This document shows positions 1 through 8,198 of a stretch of DNA of 64,000 bases, in pieces (the first letter of the stretch is position 1; each line of letters opens with the position of its first letter). The translations under genes were made by a program, and so were the position numbers. The notes beneath the pieces were generated by a model that worked only from the letters and a program-made list of their open reading frames with translations, was not told where the DNA came from and made no database searches. Source of the DNA: an uncultured beta proteobacterium. GTDB taxonomy: Bacteria; Pseudomonadota; Gammaproteobacteria; Burkholderiales; Burkholderiaceae_C. The stretch covers positions 2,053 through 66,052 of the forward strand of contig CAMTUD010000028.1 in NCBI GenBank assembly GCA_947084805.1. The letters are read 5' to 3'.

Positions 1-182
1 GTGGTCGGGAAGTAGACGTAGTGCTGCGGCACGCCTGGCTCGTAGAGCATCTGGCCCAGCATCAATTGCACCGGTTCCAGCGCACCGTGCAGCGCGTCGA
101 ACTCGGCCGCCGGCAGCGCGGCGATGAGGTCGTTCTGGTTGGGCGAACCCAGCGCCGGCGCCGGGAGGTTGCGAAACGGCAT
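1..182 (-). CDS. Crp/Fnr family transcriptional regulator, N-terminal part (runs off window)
   Basis: Not in the ORF track. Manual minus-strand translation from ATG at 182 gives MPFRNLPAPALGSPNQNDLIAALPAAEFDALHGALEPVQLMLGQMLYEPGVPQHYVYFPT, a typical N-terminus of betaproteobacterial Crp/Fnr proteins. It abuts the upstream gene. Confidence 0.8.
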   Translation of the reverse strand, partial: MPFRNLPAPALGSPNQNDLIAALPAAEFDALHGALEPVQLMLGQMLYEPGVPQHYVYFPT

Positions 183-184
183 CT

Positions 185-1006
185 TCAATTCCCGGGCGTG
201 GTCTCGACGCCGATGCCGCGGTAGCCGATGAAGCGGCAGTTCTGGTCGAACATCGGCTGGCCGCTGACGCGGAAGGCCTGCTGCGTCCCGTCGGCCCGGG
301 TGCGGTGCAGGATGAAGTCGAGGAAGGGCTGGCGCGCCACGATGCGCGCTTGCAGCGCCTGGCGCTCGCTGGCGTCCCAGCCGTCGACGGGTTCCGGGTC
401 GGCGCCGTCCACCAGCGCGCTGACGCGCAGCCCCAGCATCTCCATCACCGGCCCCGAGACCCGTGTGAACTCGCCCGACTCGTCCTGTTCCCAGTACCAG
501 TCCGAGGCCAGCTCGGTGAGGCTGCGAAAGCGCGCCTCGCTCTCGCGCAGCTCGGCGGTGCGTTCGGCCACGGCCAGCTCGAGCTGCTCGTTGTGCGCCT
601 CGAGCTGGCGGTACAGCAGCCGCGTCTCGAGCATGTTGTGGATGCGCGTCTTGACCTCCACGAGGTCGAAAGGCTTGCTGATGAAGTCGCGCGCACCGGC
701 CTGCAGCGCACGCAGCTTGTGGCCGGGTTGCGCCGTCAGCACGATCACGGGCAGGGTGCTGTCGTTCGGGTTGGTCTTCAGGCCTTCCATGACGGTGAAG
801 CCGTCCATCGCCGGCATCTGCAGGTCGAGCAGGATCAGGTCGTAGGCGTTCTTGCGGTGCAGCCCGCAGACGGCGGTCGAGTCCATCGTCGAACTGACGC
901 CGGTGTAGCCGGCTTCGACCAGCAGCCGCGTCAGCAACTTCACGTTGGCGTCCTGGTCGTCGACGATGAGGATGCGTGCGGCGAGGATGTCGCTCTCGGG
1001 AATCAT
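185..1006 (-). CDS. Response regulator, REC + coiled coil + PAS, no output domain
   Basis: ILIVDD...DLILLDLQMP...KPF receiver motifs; C-terminal SDWYWEQD...GYRGIG PAS/PAC signature. Confidence 0.9.
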   Translation of the reverse strand: MIPESDILAARILIVDDQDANVKLLTRLLVEAGYTGVSSTMDSTAVCGLHRKNAYDLILLDLQMPAMDGFTVMEGLKTNPNDSTLPVIVLTAQPGHKLRALQAGARDFISKPFDLVEVKTRIHNMLETRLLYRQLEAHNEQLELAVAERTAELRESEARFRSLTELASDWYWEQDESGEFTRVSGPVMEMLGLRVSALVDGADPEPVDGWDASERQALQARIVARQPFLDFILHRTRADGTQQAFRVSGQPMFDQNCRFIGYRGIGVETTPGN

Positions 1007-2769
1007 GGGGTCACCTGTTCTTTGGGCTCTGGCGGCGCGGGGCTGCGGGCGATCTCCAAGGCCAGGTCCAGGGTTTCCATGAACTCGACGACCTTGATCG
1101 GCTTGGTGAGGTAGCGGAAGAAGCCGGCGTCCATGCCCTTGGCGACGTCGCGCGGCATGGCGTTGGCGCTGAGCGCGATGACCGGGATGTGGGCCGTGCT
1201 GGGGTCGCCGGAGAGGATCTGCAGCGCCGTGATGCCGCTGATGCCGGGGAGGTTGATGTCCATCAGGATGACGTCGGGCAGCGCGCTGCGTGCCAGCTCG
1301 ACGCCGCTGCGGCCGTCCTTGGCGCCGATCAGGTGCAGCTCGGGGCGGCGGGCGATCAGCCTGGCCACGAGCAGCAGGTTGGCCGGGTTGTCCTCGACGT
1401 AGAGCACGGTGCGCCGGGTGGCGCCGTGCTCCGGGGCCGGCGTGTGGATGGTGACCAAGGGTTCGGCCGAGGCGGGCAGCTCGACGGCGTGGCTGGCGCG
1501 CAGGTCGATCCAGAAGTTGCTGCCCACGCCGACCGTGCTTTCCACGCCTATCGCGCCGCCCATCAATGCGACGAGCTGCTTGCTCACCACCAGCCCGATG
1601 CCCGTGCCTTCTTCGACGCCGCCTTCCTGACCCAGTCGGTTGAAGGGCTGGAAGAGCTGCGCCAGCTTGTCGGCGGAGAGGCCGGCGCCGGTGTCGAGAA
1701 AGCTGATGCGCACCCAGTCCTCGGGCCGCGTCTCGCAGCGCACCTCGACCGTGCCGCCCTGGCGGTTGTATTTGATGGCGTTGGACAGCAGGTTCACGAT
1801 GACCTGCTTGACACGGGTGCGGTCGGCCTTCACGAACAGCGCCTGTGCGGGCGCGATGAAGCGCACGCCGATGCCGTGTTTGCGCGCCTGCGGCTCGGTC
1901 ATGGCCTGGCAGTCGGCCAGGACTTCGGCCAGCGACATCGGTTCGGGCGAAAGCGACAGCCGGCCCGACTCGATCAGCGACAGGTCGAGGATCTCGTTGA
2001 TCAGCTCCAGCAGGTACCAGCCGGCCTGCAGAATCTGGTCGATGCTGTCCTTCTGCGCCGGCGTGGGCGTCGGCGCACCCGAGTCCATCAGCTGGGCAAA
2101 ACCGAGGATGGCGTTCAGCGGCGAGCGCAGTTCGTGGCTCATGCTCGACAGGAAGTCGCTCTTGGCCTGGTTCGCGGTCTCGGCGGCGAGCTTGGCGGCT
2201 TGCAGGTCGAGGTTGCTCTGCTGCAGCGCGTGGTCCAGGCGCGCCTGCTCGGCCTCGACCCGCTTGCGCGCGGTGTTGTCCGTGCCGATGAGCAGGTAGC
2301 CGATGAGGGCGTCGACGGTGTCGCGCAGCGCCGTCACCGAAACCACCGCCGGCAGGCGGCTGCCGTCGCGGCGCAGGTAGGTCAGCTCGTAGATGTCCTC
2401 GATGCCGCGCGAGGCCTTGAACACCAGGGCTTCGAAACCGGGTGCGATGGGCTGGCCGAATTCGACGCTGAGCGCCTGGGCGCGTCGCACCAGTTCCAGC
2501 GGGTCGGACAGCTCGGCCGGCGTGATGCGGTCGACGACATCGGCCGCGGCGTAACCGAGCATGCGCTCGGCGCCGACGTTGAAGACCTGGATCACACCGT
2601 GCTCGTCGGTGGCGATGCTGGAGAAGTTCTCGCTGCTGAGGATGGCCTTCTGCAGCGCGCCGGTCTTCAGCACCAGGCGCTGGCGGCGTGCCTTGGCACT
2701 GCCGCGTGCGGGCGCAGAGGGGGTGGCTGCAACGGAGAGGCGGTCAGGCTTGGGGGTGACGGTGGACAT
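1003..2769 (-). CDS. PAS-domain hybrid sensor histidine kinase with C-terminal receiver
   Basis: H-box FLSSMSHELRSPLN, N-box NLLSNAIKY, G-boxes DTGAG and GTGIGL, receiver VLYVEDN/DVILMDINLP; 4-bp overlap with the downstream gene. Confidence 0.95.
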   Translation of the reverse strand: MSTVTPKPDRLSVAATPSAPARGSAKARRQRLVLKTGALQKAILSSENFSSIATDEHGVIQVFNVGAERMLGYAAADVVDRITPAELSDPLELVRRAQALSVEFGQPIAPGFEALVFKASRGIEDIYELTYLRRDGSRLPAVVSVTALRDTVDALIGYLLIGTDNTARKRVEAEQARLDHALQQSNLDLQAAKLAAETANQAKSDFLSSMSHELRSPLNAILGFAQLMDSGAPTPTPAQKDSIDQILQAGWYLLELINEILDLSLIESGRLSLSPEPMSLAEVLADCQAMTEPQARKHGIGVRFIAPAQALFVKADRTRVKQVIVNLLSNAIKYNRQGGTVEVRCETRPEDWVRISFLDTGAGLSADKLAQLFQPFNRLGQEGGVEEGTGIGLVVSKQLVALMGGAIGVESTVGVGSNFWIDLRASHAVELPASAEPLVTIHTPAPEHGATRRTVLYVEDNPANLLLVARLIARRPELHLIGAKDGRSGVELARSALPDVILMDINLPGISGITALQILSGDPSTAHIPVIALSANAMPRDVAKGMDAGFFRYLTKPIKVVEFMETLDLALEIARSPAPPEPKEQVTP

Positions 2770-2966
2770 GTCGGTGCGGGGCGCGAGGCAGTGGAGGAAG
2801 GCCGGGCGACCGGGTGCACCGGACGATACCCGTCACGGCGAGTGGCATGCTGCCTCGGGTGCGGTGTGGCGTCTGTTCGTTAGCCCACATAAGCGAGACG
2901 CTGCGGCCGCCCGCGCGCGTCGGGTGCCCGCCGTGAAGCGGCGCCCGCCGGCGGCGACGGAAAAGG

Positions 2967-2975
2967 TGCTATAGT
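2967..2975 (+). promoter_or_regulatory. Extended -10 sigma70-type promoter of the tRNA gene
   Basis: TG-c-TATAGT ending 12 nt before the mature tRNA 5' end. Confidence 0.55.
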
Positions 2976-2987
2976 GCAAGGCTCAGT

Positions 2988-3064
<77 letters not shown>

Positions 3065-3089
3065 CAGAAAAACACAAAATATCTAATAA

Positions 3090-3102
3090 AAACAATAACT
3101 TA
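3090..3102 (+). promoter_or_regulatory. IHF-like binding site (also at 4174-4186 and 4327-4339)
   Basis: AAACAATAACTTA and TTTCAAGGACTTA each differ by one base from the IHF consensus WATCAAnnnnTTR. Confidence 0.5.
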
Positions 3103-3114
3103 GAACTGAATATG

Positions 3115-3144
3115 CGCCGCCCCAAAAGGGCGGCGTTTTGCTTT
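3115..3144 (+). terminator. Rho-independent terminator after the tRNA
   Basis: Stem-loop CGCCGCCC-caaaa-GGGCGGCG followed by TTTTGCTTT. Confidence 0.85.
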
Positions 3145-3187
3145 GTGCCCATCCTGTGCCCATTTCGTGCCCTGGCCGTGCCCGCGG
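3144..3187 (+). repeat. Four tandem 11-bp units with core GTGCCC (arm-site-like)
   Basis: TGTGCCCATCC TGTGCCCATTT CGTGCCCTGGC CGTGCCCGCGG; cores at 3145, 3156, 3167, 3178. Confidence 0.75.
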
Positions 3188-3240
3188 TTTTCAGCGCAGC
3201 GTCGAAATGACCGATGCAACCACGAGTATCGGCGGCCTGC

Positions 3241-3270
3241 TTGTGTGATCAATACAGATATCTGTATAGT
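3241..3270 (+). promoter_or_regulatory. vapBC promoter with overlapping palindromic operator
   Basis: -35 TTGTGT (3241-3246), 18-nt spacer, -10 TATAGT (3265-3270); perfect palindrome ATACAGATATCTGTAT (3252-3267). Confidence 0.75.
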
Positions 3271-3276
3271 TTCAGC

Positions 3277-3522
3277 ATGAAGACCACGCTCAATCTGAAT
3301 GACCAGTTGCTGGCTGACGCCAAGACGCTGGCGGCGCAGCAGCGCACCAGCCTGACACGACTGATCGAAGAAGGGTTGCAGCTGCGTCTGCGGGCCAAGG
3401 CGGCCGGCGTCGGACGCGCCCGTGGGCGGCTTCCTGTCTTTAATGGCCATGGCGGGCTTGTGGCAGGTGTTGATTCGTGCAGCAACAAGTCGCTGCTGGC
3501 TGCGGCCGACGATGACGCCTGA
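3277..3522 (+). CDS. vapB: Type II antitoxin, ribbon-helix-helix VapB-like
   Basis: MKTTLNLNDQLLADAKTLAAQQRTSLTRLIEEGL RHH pattern, 81 aa, overlaps the PIN gene by 11 bp. Confidence 0.85.
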   Translation: MKTTLNLNDQLLADAKTLAAQQRTSLTRLIEEGLQLRLRAKAAGVGRARGRLPVFNGHGGLVAGVDSCSNKSLLAAADDDA

Positions 3523-3946
3523 CGTCAACGTTCTGGTCGCCGCGTCGCGCAGCGATCACCCACATCACACCGTCGCACGCACTTGGCTCGAAGGCGCCCT
3601 TGCTGCTGCTGAGTCCGGCGCGGCCTTCACTTTGATGCCGATGGTGGTGGCCAGCGTGCTGCGCCTGGTCACCAGCCCCAAGATCTTCGTGCAGCCAACG
3701 CCCATCGCCGACGCGGTTGACTTCATCGACGCGATTCTGGCCATGCCTGGGGTGCGGCTCGCACCGTTGGGGCCCGAGTGGTCGAAGCTGAGGCAGCTGT
3801 GCATTGACAAGCAACTGGGCGGCAACGACCTGCCTGATGCGTGGCTGGCAGCCGCCGTGGAGCAACTCGGCGAGCATCTCGTCAGCTTTGACCGTGACTT
3901 CAAGAAGCTGCTTGGACGCGCTCGCTTCACGTTGCTGCAAGCCTGA
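3512..3946 (+). CDS. vapC: PIN-domain toxin, VapC family
   Basis: PDVNVLV...HPHH, LRLVT.P, PDAWLAA and SFDRDF motifs of the mycobacterial-type PIN family; 144 aa. Confidence 0.9.
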   Translation: MTPDVNVLVAASRSDHPHHTVARTWLEGALAAAESGAAFTLMPMVVASVLRLVTSPKIFVQPTPIADAVDFIDAILAMPGVRLAPLGPEWSKLRQLCIDKQLGGNDLPDAWLAAAVEQLGEHLVSFDRDFKKLLGRARFTLLQA

Positions 3947-4255
3947 GCGCGATCGAATGGTCAAGAGGGGACACCCAGCAGCCTGCCCGTCGGCGAAGAC
4001 CTCGGGCCTGTTCGGCTTCGATCGGCGTGAGACCCTACTTACGGTCGGCCGGCGCTCCGTGGCCGCATATGGTCTCAAACGGAGTTCTGGCGGAGGGGTG
4101 TGACAGGTTGGAGGTCGGCGTTCCACCGAGCGCCGACACCGTGTCACACCGTCTCCCGCCGAAAGTGGCCATCTTTCAAGGACTTAGCTCTTTCGGGCAC
4201 TTCCTGCGCCAAGTGAACTGCACCCTGTCTGCTGTAGTGCCCCATCAAAATGAGC

Positions 4256-4384
4256 GGGCTCATAACCCAGGTCGCAAGTTCAAATCTTGCCCCCGCAACC
4301 ACAGAAAAACACAAAATATCTAATAAAAACAATAACTTAGAACTGAATATGCGCCGCCCCAAAAGGGCGGCGTTTTGCTTTGTG
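4256..4384 (+). repeat. Direct repeat copy 2 (attR-like), 129 bp: damaged tRNA-fMet 3' fragment plus terminator
   Basis: Starts at the anticodon stem GGGCTCATAACCC, lacks 2 nt next to it, and continues through CCA and the terminator. Confidence 0.95.
4352..4381 (+). terminator. Second copy of the tRNA terminator
   Basis: Same stem-loop and T-tract as 3115-3144. Confidence 0.75.
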
Positions 4385-4420
4385 GACCCTCTGTGGCTTT
4401 GTGGCCCCGCTGTGGCGCGG

Positions 4421-4534
4421 CGCGTGCCCACCATCGCGGAGATACTCCTGACGAGCCAGGCGATCAGGCGGCTGGACGAGCACGGCTACCGGTACGCCAT
4501 CGAACGGGTGCGCCAGTGGCGCGCGAAGGAGTAG
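4421..4534 (+). pseudogene. 3' remnant of a truncated gene, possibly NTE/patatin-like phospholipase
   Basis: Coding-like GC3-rich frame RVPTIAEILLTSQAIRRLDEHGYRYAIERVRQWRAKE* ends 3 nt before the SDR start and has no convincing 5' part; resemblance to patatin C-termini is by eye only. Confidence 0.35.
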
Positions 4535-4537
4535 CCC

Positions 4538-5380
4538 ATGAGCACGCTTCCCGGTTCAGACCCCGACGCAGCCGCACCGCCGTCGATGCGGGAACGTTAT
4601 GGAAGCTGGGCGCTCGTCACCGGCGCCTCGTCGGGCATCGGGCGCGCGCTGGCCCACGGGCTGGCCGCGCGGGGGCTGGGCGTCGTGCTCGTGTCCGATC
4701 AGCCCGCCGAACTCGAAGCGGTCGCGGCCGAGCTCCGAGCCCGGCACGGCGTGGCGGCCCGCACCTGCGCCGTCGACCTTGCACGCCCGGATGTGCTTGA
4801 CGTGCTGCGCGAGAGCACACGCGACATCGAGATCTCGGTCCTCGTCAACAACGCGTCCTTCGGCGTCATCGGTCCGTTTCTCGCGCGGCCGCTCGCCGAC
4901 TACGACACGCTGCTCGCGGTCAATGCGCGGGCTTACATCGCGCTCACGCATGCCTATCTGCCGGCCCTCGTCAGCGCGAACCGCGGGGCCTTGATCTTCG
5001 TGACGTCCTTGAACGCGCTGGCGCCCATTGGCGGGAGTGCCGTCTACACGGCCTCGAAGGCCTTGGAGGTTTCGTTCGCCGGCGCGCTGTGGTACGAGCT
5101 GCGCGAGACGGACGTCGATGTGCTCATCGTCCTGCCCGGACCGACCCGGACCGGCTTCCAGAAGAAGGCGGGCACCATGCTGGCCCCTTGGGCCATGGAG
5201 CCGGAGGAGGTTGCCGAGGGCGCGCTCGAGGCCCTGGGCAAGGAGCTGACCTTCATACCGGGCGAGAAGAACCGGTCGCTCGCCCGCATGGCGGCAGAGA
5301 TGCCCTTCGAGCAGCGGATCATCGCCGCGTCGCAGGCCCTGCACACCGCGCTGGTTCAGGGCCTGGACCCCGAAAAGTGA
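4538..5380 (+). CDS. Short-chain dehydrogenase/reductase
   Basis: TGASSGIG, LVNNA and YTASK motifs. Confidence 0.92.
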   Translation: MSTLPGSDPDAAAPPSMRERYGSWALVTGASSGIGRALAHGLAARGLGVVLVSDQPAELEAVAAELRARHGVAARTCAVDLARPDVLDVLRESTRDIEISVLVNNASFGVIGPFLARPLADYDTLLAVNARAYIALTHAYLPALVSANRGALIFVTSLNALAPIGGSAVYTASKALEVSFAGALWYELRETDVDVLIVLPGPTRTGFQKKAGTMLAPWAMEPEEVAEGALEALGKELTFIPGEKNRSLARMAAEMPFEQRIIAASQALHTALVQGLDPEK

Positions 5381-5390
5381 GCGACGCTCG

Positions 5391-7241
5391 ATGAGCGACG
5401 AGCAACTTCGCCGCGCGACGTCCACGCCGCCCCCCGCGTCGCCACTGGCCGAGGCCTATGCGGCGGAGCTGATCGCGTCGGCGGCGTCGATTCGCCTTGC
5501 CGACCTCTTTGCCAAGCCGGCACCCGGCGCCGATCGCGCGCTGTACCGGTCCCGGCCCCGACGATCGATCCAGGTCGTGGCCATCGAGACGCGTGCCCTG
5601 CGAGCGGACGAGCTGCTCGACATCATGCGTTTTCGGCTCGCGCAGTATCTGGCCGTGCGCTTCGTCGACATCGATCGCATCTACGCCGAACGCATCCAGC
5701 ACGAGCCGCTCGATCACTCCGGGCCGAACGACGTGCACCTGGTGACGGGTGACCCGTCGACCGGCGAGATCCTCTGCTACCTCACGATCAAGGCGGTGGC
5801 CGCGCCTGCCGGCACGACCTTTCGCATGCGAGACCGTCCGCTCTTCCCGGTGGAAGAGGTGCACGGCTGGGGTGTATTCAACCGGCTCGAGAGGCTGCCC
5901 GACATCGAGCTGTCGCAGGCGCGCGAGGTCGGCCGCTTCGTGAAGAACCAGCGCTACGACGCGCGCGACGAGCGCAGCATTCGTGCCCCCGTCGAGGCCT
6001 CGCTTGCGCTCTGGCGCGTGTTGGAGTCGGAGATCGAGGGACTGCAGCTCTACCTCGGTGACTTCGAGGAGGGCATCGCCCAGGCGCGGCTGGCCTACTT
6101 CCACGTGCCCATGGCGGTGCTGCACGGCACCATTCCCTACGAAGCCGAAACGGCGTGGCTCTACCGCCGCTACCAGCACCGCACGGTTTTCCCGTTCGCC
6201 GTGCACGTGGCCGACCTGCCGCTGGCCCGCGCGCGCGGGCGGTGGATCGACCGTGCGATGTCGCTGCCGGGCAAGCTCGCGCTGCTGGCGCTGGCGTATC
6301 TGCGCCGCCACGCGTCGCCGCACCGAAGCTGTCTCGAACCGCCGGGCGGCCTGCCGGCACTGGACGAGGCCATCGTGTTGCGACAGCCGGAAGTCGCGAT
6401 GGCCGATCGCCTCGAACTGATACACGAAGGCGACCGCCTTCGCACGGCGCCGCTTTTCGCCGATCTCTCGGTGGCCGAGGCGGCGGTGCTGGGCACACGC
6501 ATGCAGCGGTTGAGCTTCGCGCCGGGTGAAACGATCCTGCGCGAAGGTGAGGGCGGCGACGCGCTCTTCATCGTCGAGTCCGGCACGCTGCGGGTGCAAA
6601 GCGGCGGGGCCGTTCTCACTGAACTGGGCGTCGGCGACCACTTCGGTGAAATCGCCCTGGTCACCGGCGGACGGCGGACGGCGGACGTGGTGAGCGCAGA
6701 AGGCGCGACCGTGCTGCGGCTTTCGCGGGAGGTCTACCTCGAGTACCTCGCCGCGCTGCCCGAGGTCTCGCGCAGGGCGGCGGAGACGAGCTCGGCCCGG
6801 CTGGCCCGCAACGGCGGGCTGCGCGCGGCCTCGCAGGCGCCCTCCGTGTTGAGCGAGCTCACGCCCGAGCGCGTCTGCGTGCTCGGCGCGCGGATGTCGG
6901 TCTGTCAAGCGACGGCCGGGGACACGATCGTGCGTCAGGGTGAAGCCGGAGACGCGCTCCATCTCATCGTCGCGGGCGAAGCGGAGGTTGTCGCGCAGAC
7001 AGCGGAGGGCGCTGCGCACGCCATGGGCACCTTGGTGGCGGGAGACTTCTTCGGTGAGATCTCGCTGCTCGAGAACAAGCCGCGCAGCGCCAGCGTCGTG
7101 GCGCTCACGCCGATGACGCTGTTGCGCCTGGACCGCTCCGGCTTCGAAGCCTTCCTGCGATTTTCGGACAGCGCCCGCGCGGACATCGGCGCGACGGCGG
7201 CGAAACGCGCGCTCGCGACGGCACGTGTGTTCGAGGCCTGA
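5391..7241 (+). CDS. Protein with N-terminal acyltransferase-like domain and two cyclic-nucleotide-binding domains
   Basis: Two cNMP cassettes HFGEIAL...RRTADV and FFGEISL...PRSASV; N-terminal RFR..Y, HLV...GEI, FPVEE and EVGRF resemble FeeM/LuxI-like GNAT synthases. Confidence 0.75.
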   Translation: MSDEQLRRATSTPPPASPLAEAYAAELIASAASIRLADLFAKPAPGADRALYRSRPRRSIQVVAIETRALRADELLDIMRFRLAQYLAVRFVDIDRIYAERIQHEPLDHSGPNDVHLVTGDPSTGEILCYLTIKAVAAPAGTTFRMRDRPLFPVEEVHGWGVFNRLERLPDIELSQAREVGRFVKNQRYDARDERSIRAPVEASLALWRVLESEIEGLQLYLGDFEEGIAQARLAYFHVPMAVLHGTIPYEAETAWLYRRYQHRTVFPFAVHVADLPLARARGRWIDRAMSLPGKLALLALAYLRRHASPHRSCLEPPGGLPALDEAIVLRQPEVAMADRLELIHEGDRLRTAPLFADLSVAEAAVLGTRMQRLSFAPGETILREGEGGDALFIVESGTLRVQSGGAVLTELGVGDHFGEIALVTGGRRTADVVSAEGATVLRLSREVYLEYLAALPEVSRRAAETSSARLARNGGLRAASQAPSVLSELTPERVCVLGARMSVCQATAGDTIVRQGEAGDALHLIVAGEAEVVAQTAEGAAHAMGTLVAGDFFGEISLLENKPRSASVVALTPMTLLRLDRSGFEAFLRFSDSARADIGATAAKRALATARVFEA

Positions 7242-7278
7242 AGCCGCATCAACCACCCACTCACCACGAGCAACCGAC

Positions 7279-7656
7279 ATGAACGACGACGCATTCGAAA
7301 GAGGCCTGGAAACCCGCCGCGCCGTGCTCGGCGCCGAGTACGTCGACGGCTCGCTCAGCCGCGCCGACGACTTCGACATGCCGATGCAGCGCCTGACCAC
7401 CGAGTACTGCTGGGACGGCATCTGGAACCGGCCCGGCCTCGACCGCCGCACCCGCAGCATGCTGAACCTGGCGATGATCACGGCGCTGAACCGGCCGCAC
7501 GAACTGAAGCTGCACGTGCGCGGCGCGCTCACCAACGGCTTGACGAAGGCCGACATCCAGGAGGTCTTCCTGCAGGCCGCCATCTACTGCGGCGTGCCGG
7601 CGGCGATAGACAGCTTCCGCGCCGCCAAGGAAGTGTTCAAGGAAATGGGCTTGTGA
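7279..7656 (+). CDS. Carboxymuconolactone decarboxylase family protein
   Basis: GL..RR.VLG, WDGIWNRPGLDRRTRS, ELKLH, AIYCGVPA motifs. Confidence 0.9.
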   Translation: MNDDAFERGLETRRAVLGAEYVDGSLSRADDFDMPMQRLTTEYCWDGIWNRPGLDRRTRSMLNLAMITALNRPHELKLHVRGALTNGLTKADIQEVFLQAAIYCGVPAAIDSFRAAKEVFKEMGL

Positions 7657-7747
7657 GCGGGCAGACCCGTTCACGGTCACCGGCACCCGGCGGCGCGTCA
7701 CCGCGGCGCCCGACAGCGCCGAGCCTGGCCCCGACCGCAGCGGTGCG

Positions 7748-8047
7748 TTGAACTACCTGAGCTTCGACCGCAGCGAGGGCGCTGAAGGGGTGACGACCCT
7801 GGAGGCCATGGCCTCCACCGCGGCCGCGCAGCACACCGCCGTGATGGCCGAGGTGCAGCAGGTGATGGACTGGGCGTGGCGCCACTTCCCCGACAGCCAC
7901 GGCCCGCTGGACGACGGGGGCGACTGGGACCACGAACTGCAGTCGACGCTCGAGGACGGGCATTGGCGGACCGTCACGCTGACCTTGACCGGCACCGCGC
8001 GTTTCATCGACGCGTTTCTCGAGGCTTTCGACAGCCCGGCGGGTTGA
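7748..8047 (+). CDS. Small acidic hypothetical protein
   Basis: 99-aa ORF with host-like codon bias filling the gap; TTG start uncertain. Confidence 0.65.
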   Translation: MNYLSFDRSEGAEGVTTLEAMASTAAAQHTAVMAEVQQVMDWAWRHFPDSHGPLDDGGDWDHELQSTLEDGHWRTVTLTLTGTARFIDAFLEAFDSPAG

Positions 8048-8198
8048 GGTCATCCGCATGCGCGCGGGGCATGGTGCGCGCCACCGCTGCGCGGCCGGGC
8101 CGTGCCACGGGGCACACTTTCCGGCCCGGCGCCGAGGCCGCCGGGCGCGAACGCCATGTCAAAATTTGCGGCTGTCGGCCGCACGCCTTGCGCACCTC

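Noticed and set aside
3144..3187. CRISPR-like or iteron array
   Set aside because: Units are only 11 bp with no spacers, and there is no cas or rep gene.
3512..3946. VapC inactive because the second acidic residue seems missing
   Set aside because: This subfamily often lacks a Glu at that position and the other Asp motifs are intact; it cannot be called a pseudogene.
4256..4301. Second tRNA-Met gene
   Set aside because: Lacks the 5' acceptor strand and D-arm and has a 2-nt deletion; it is an att-type fragment.
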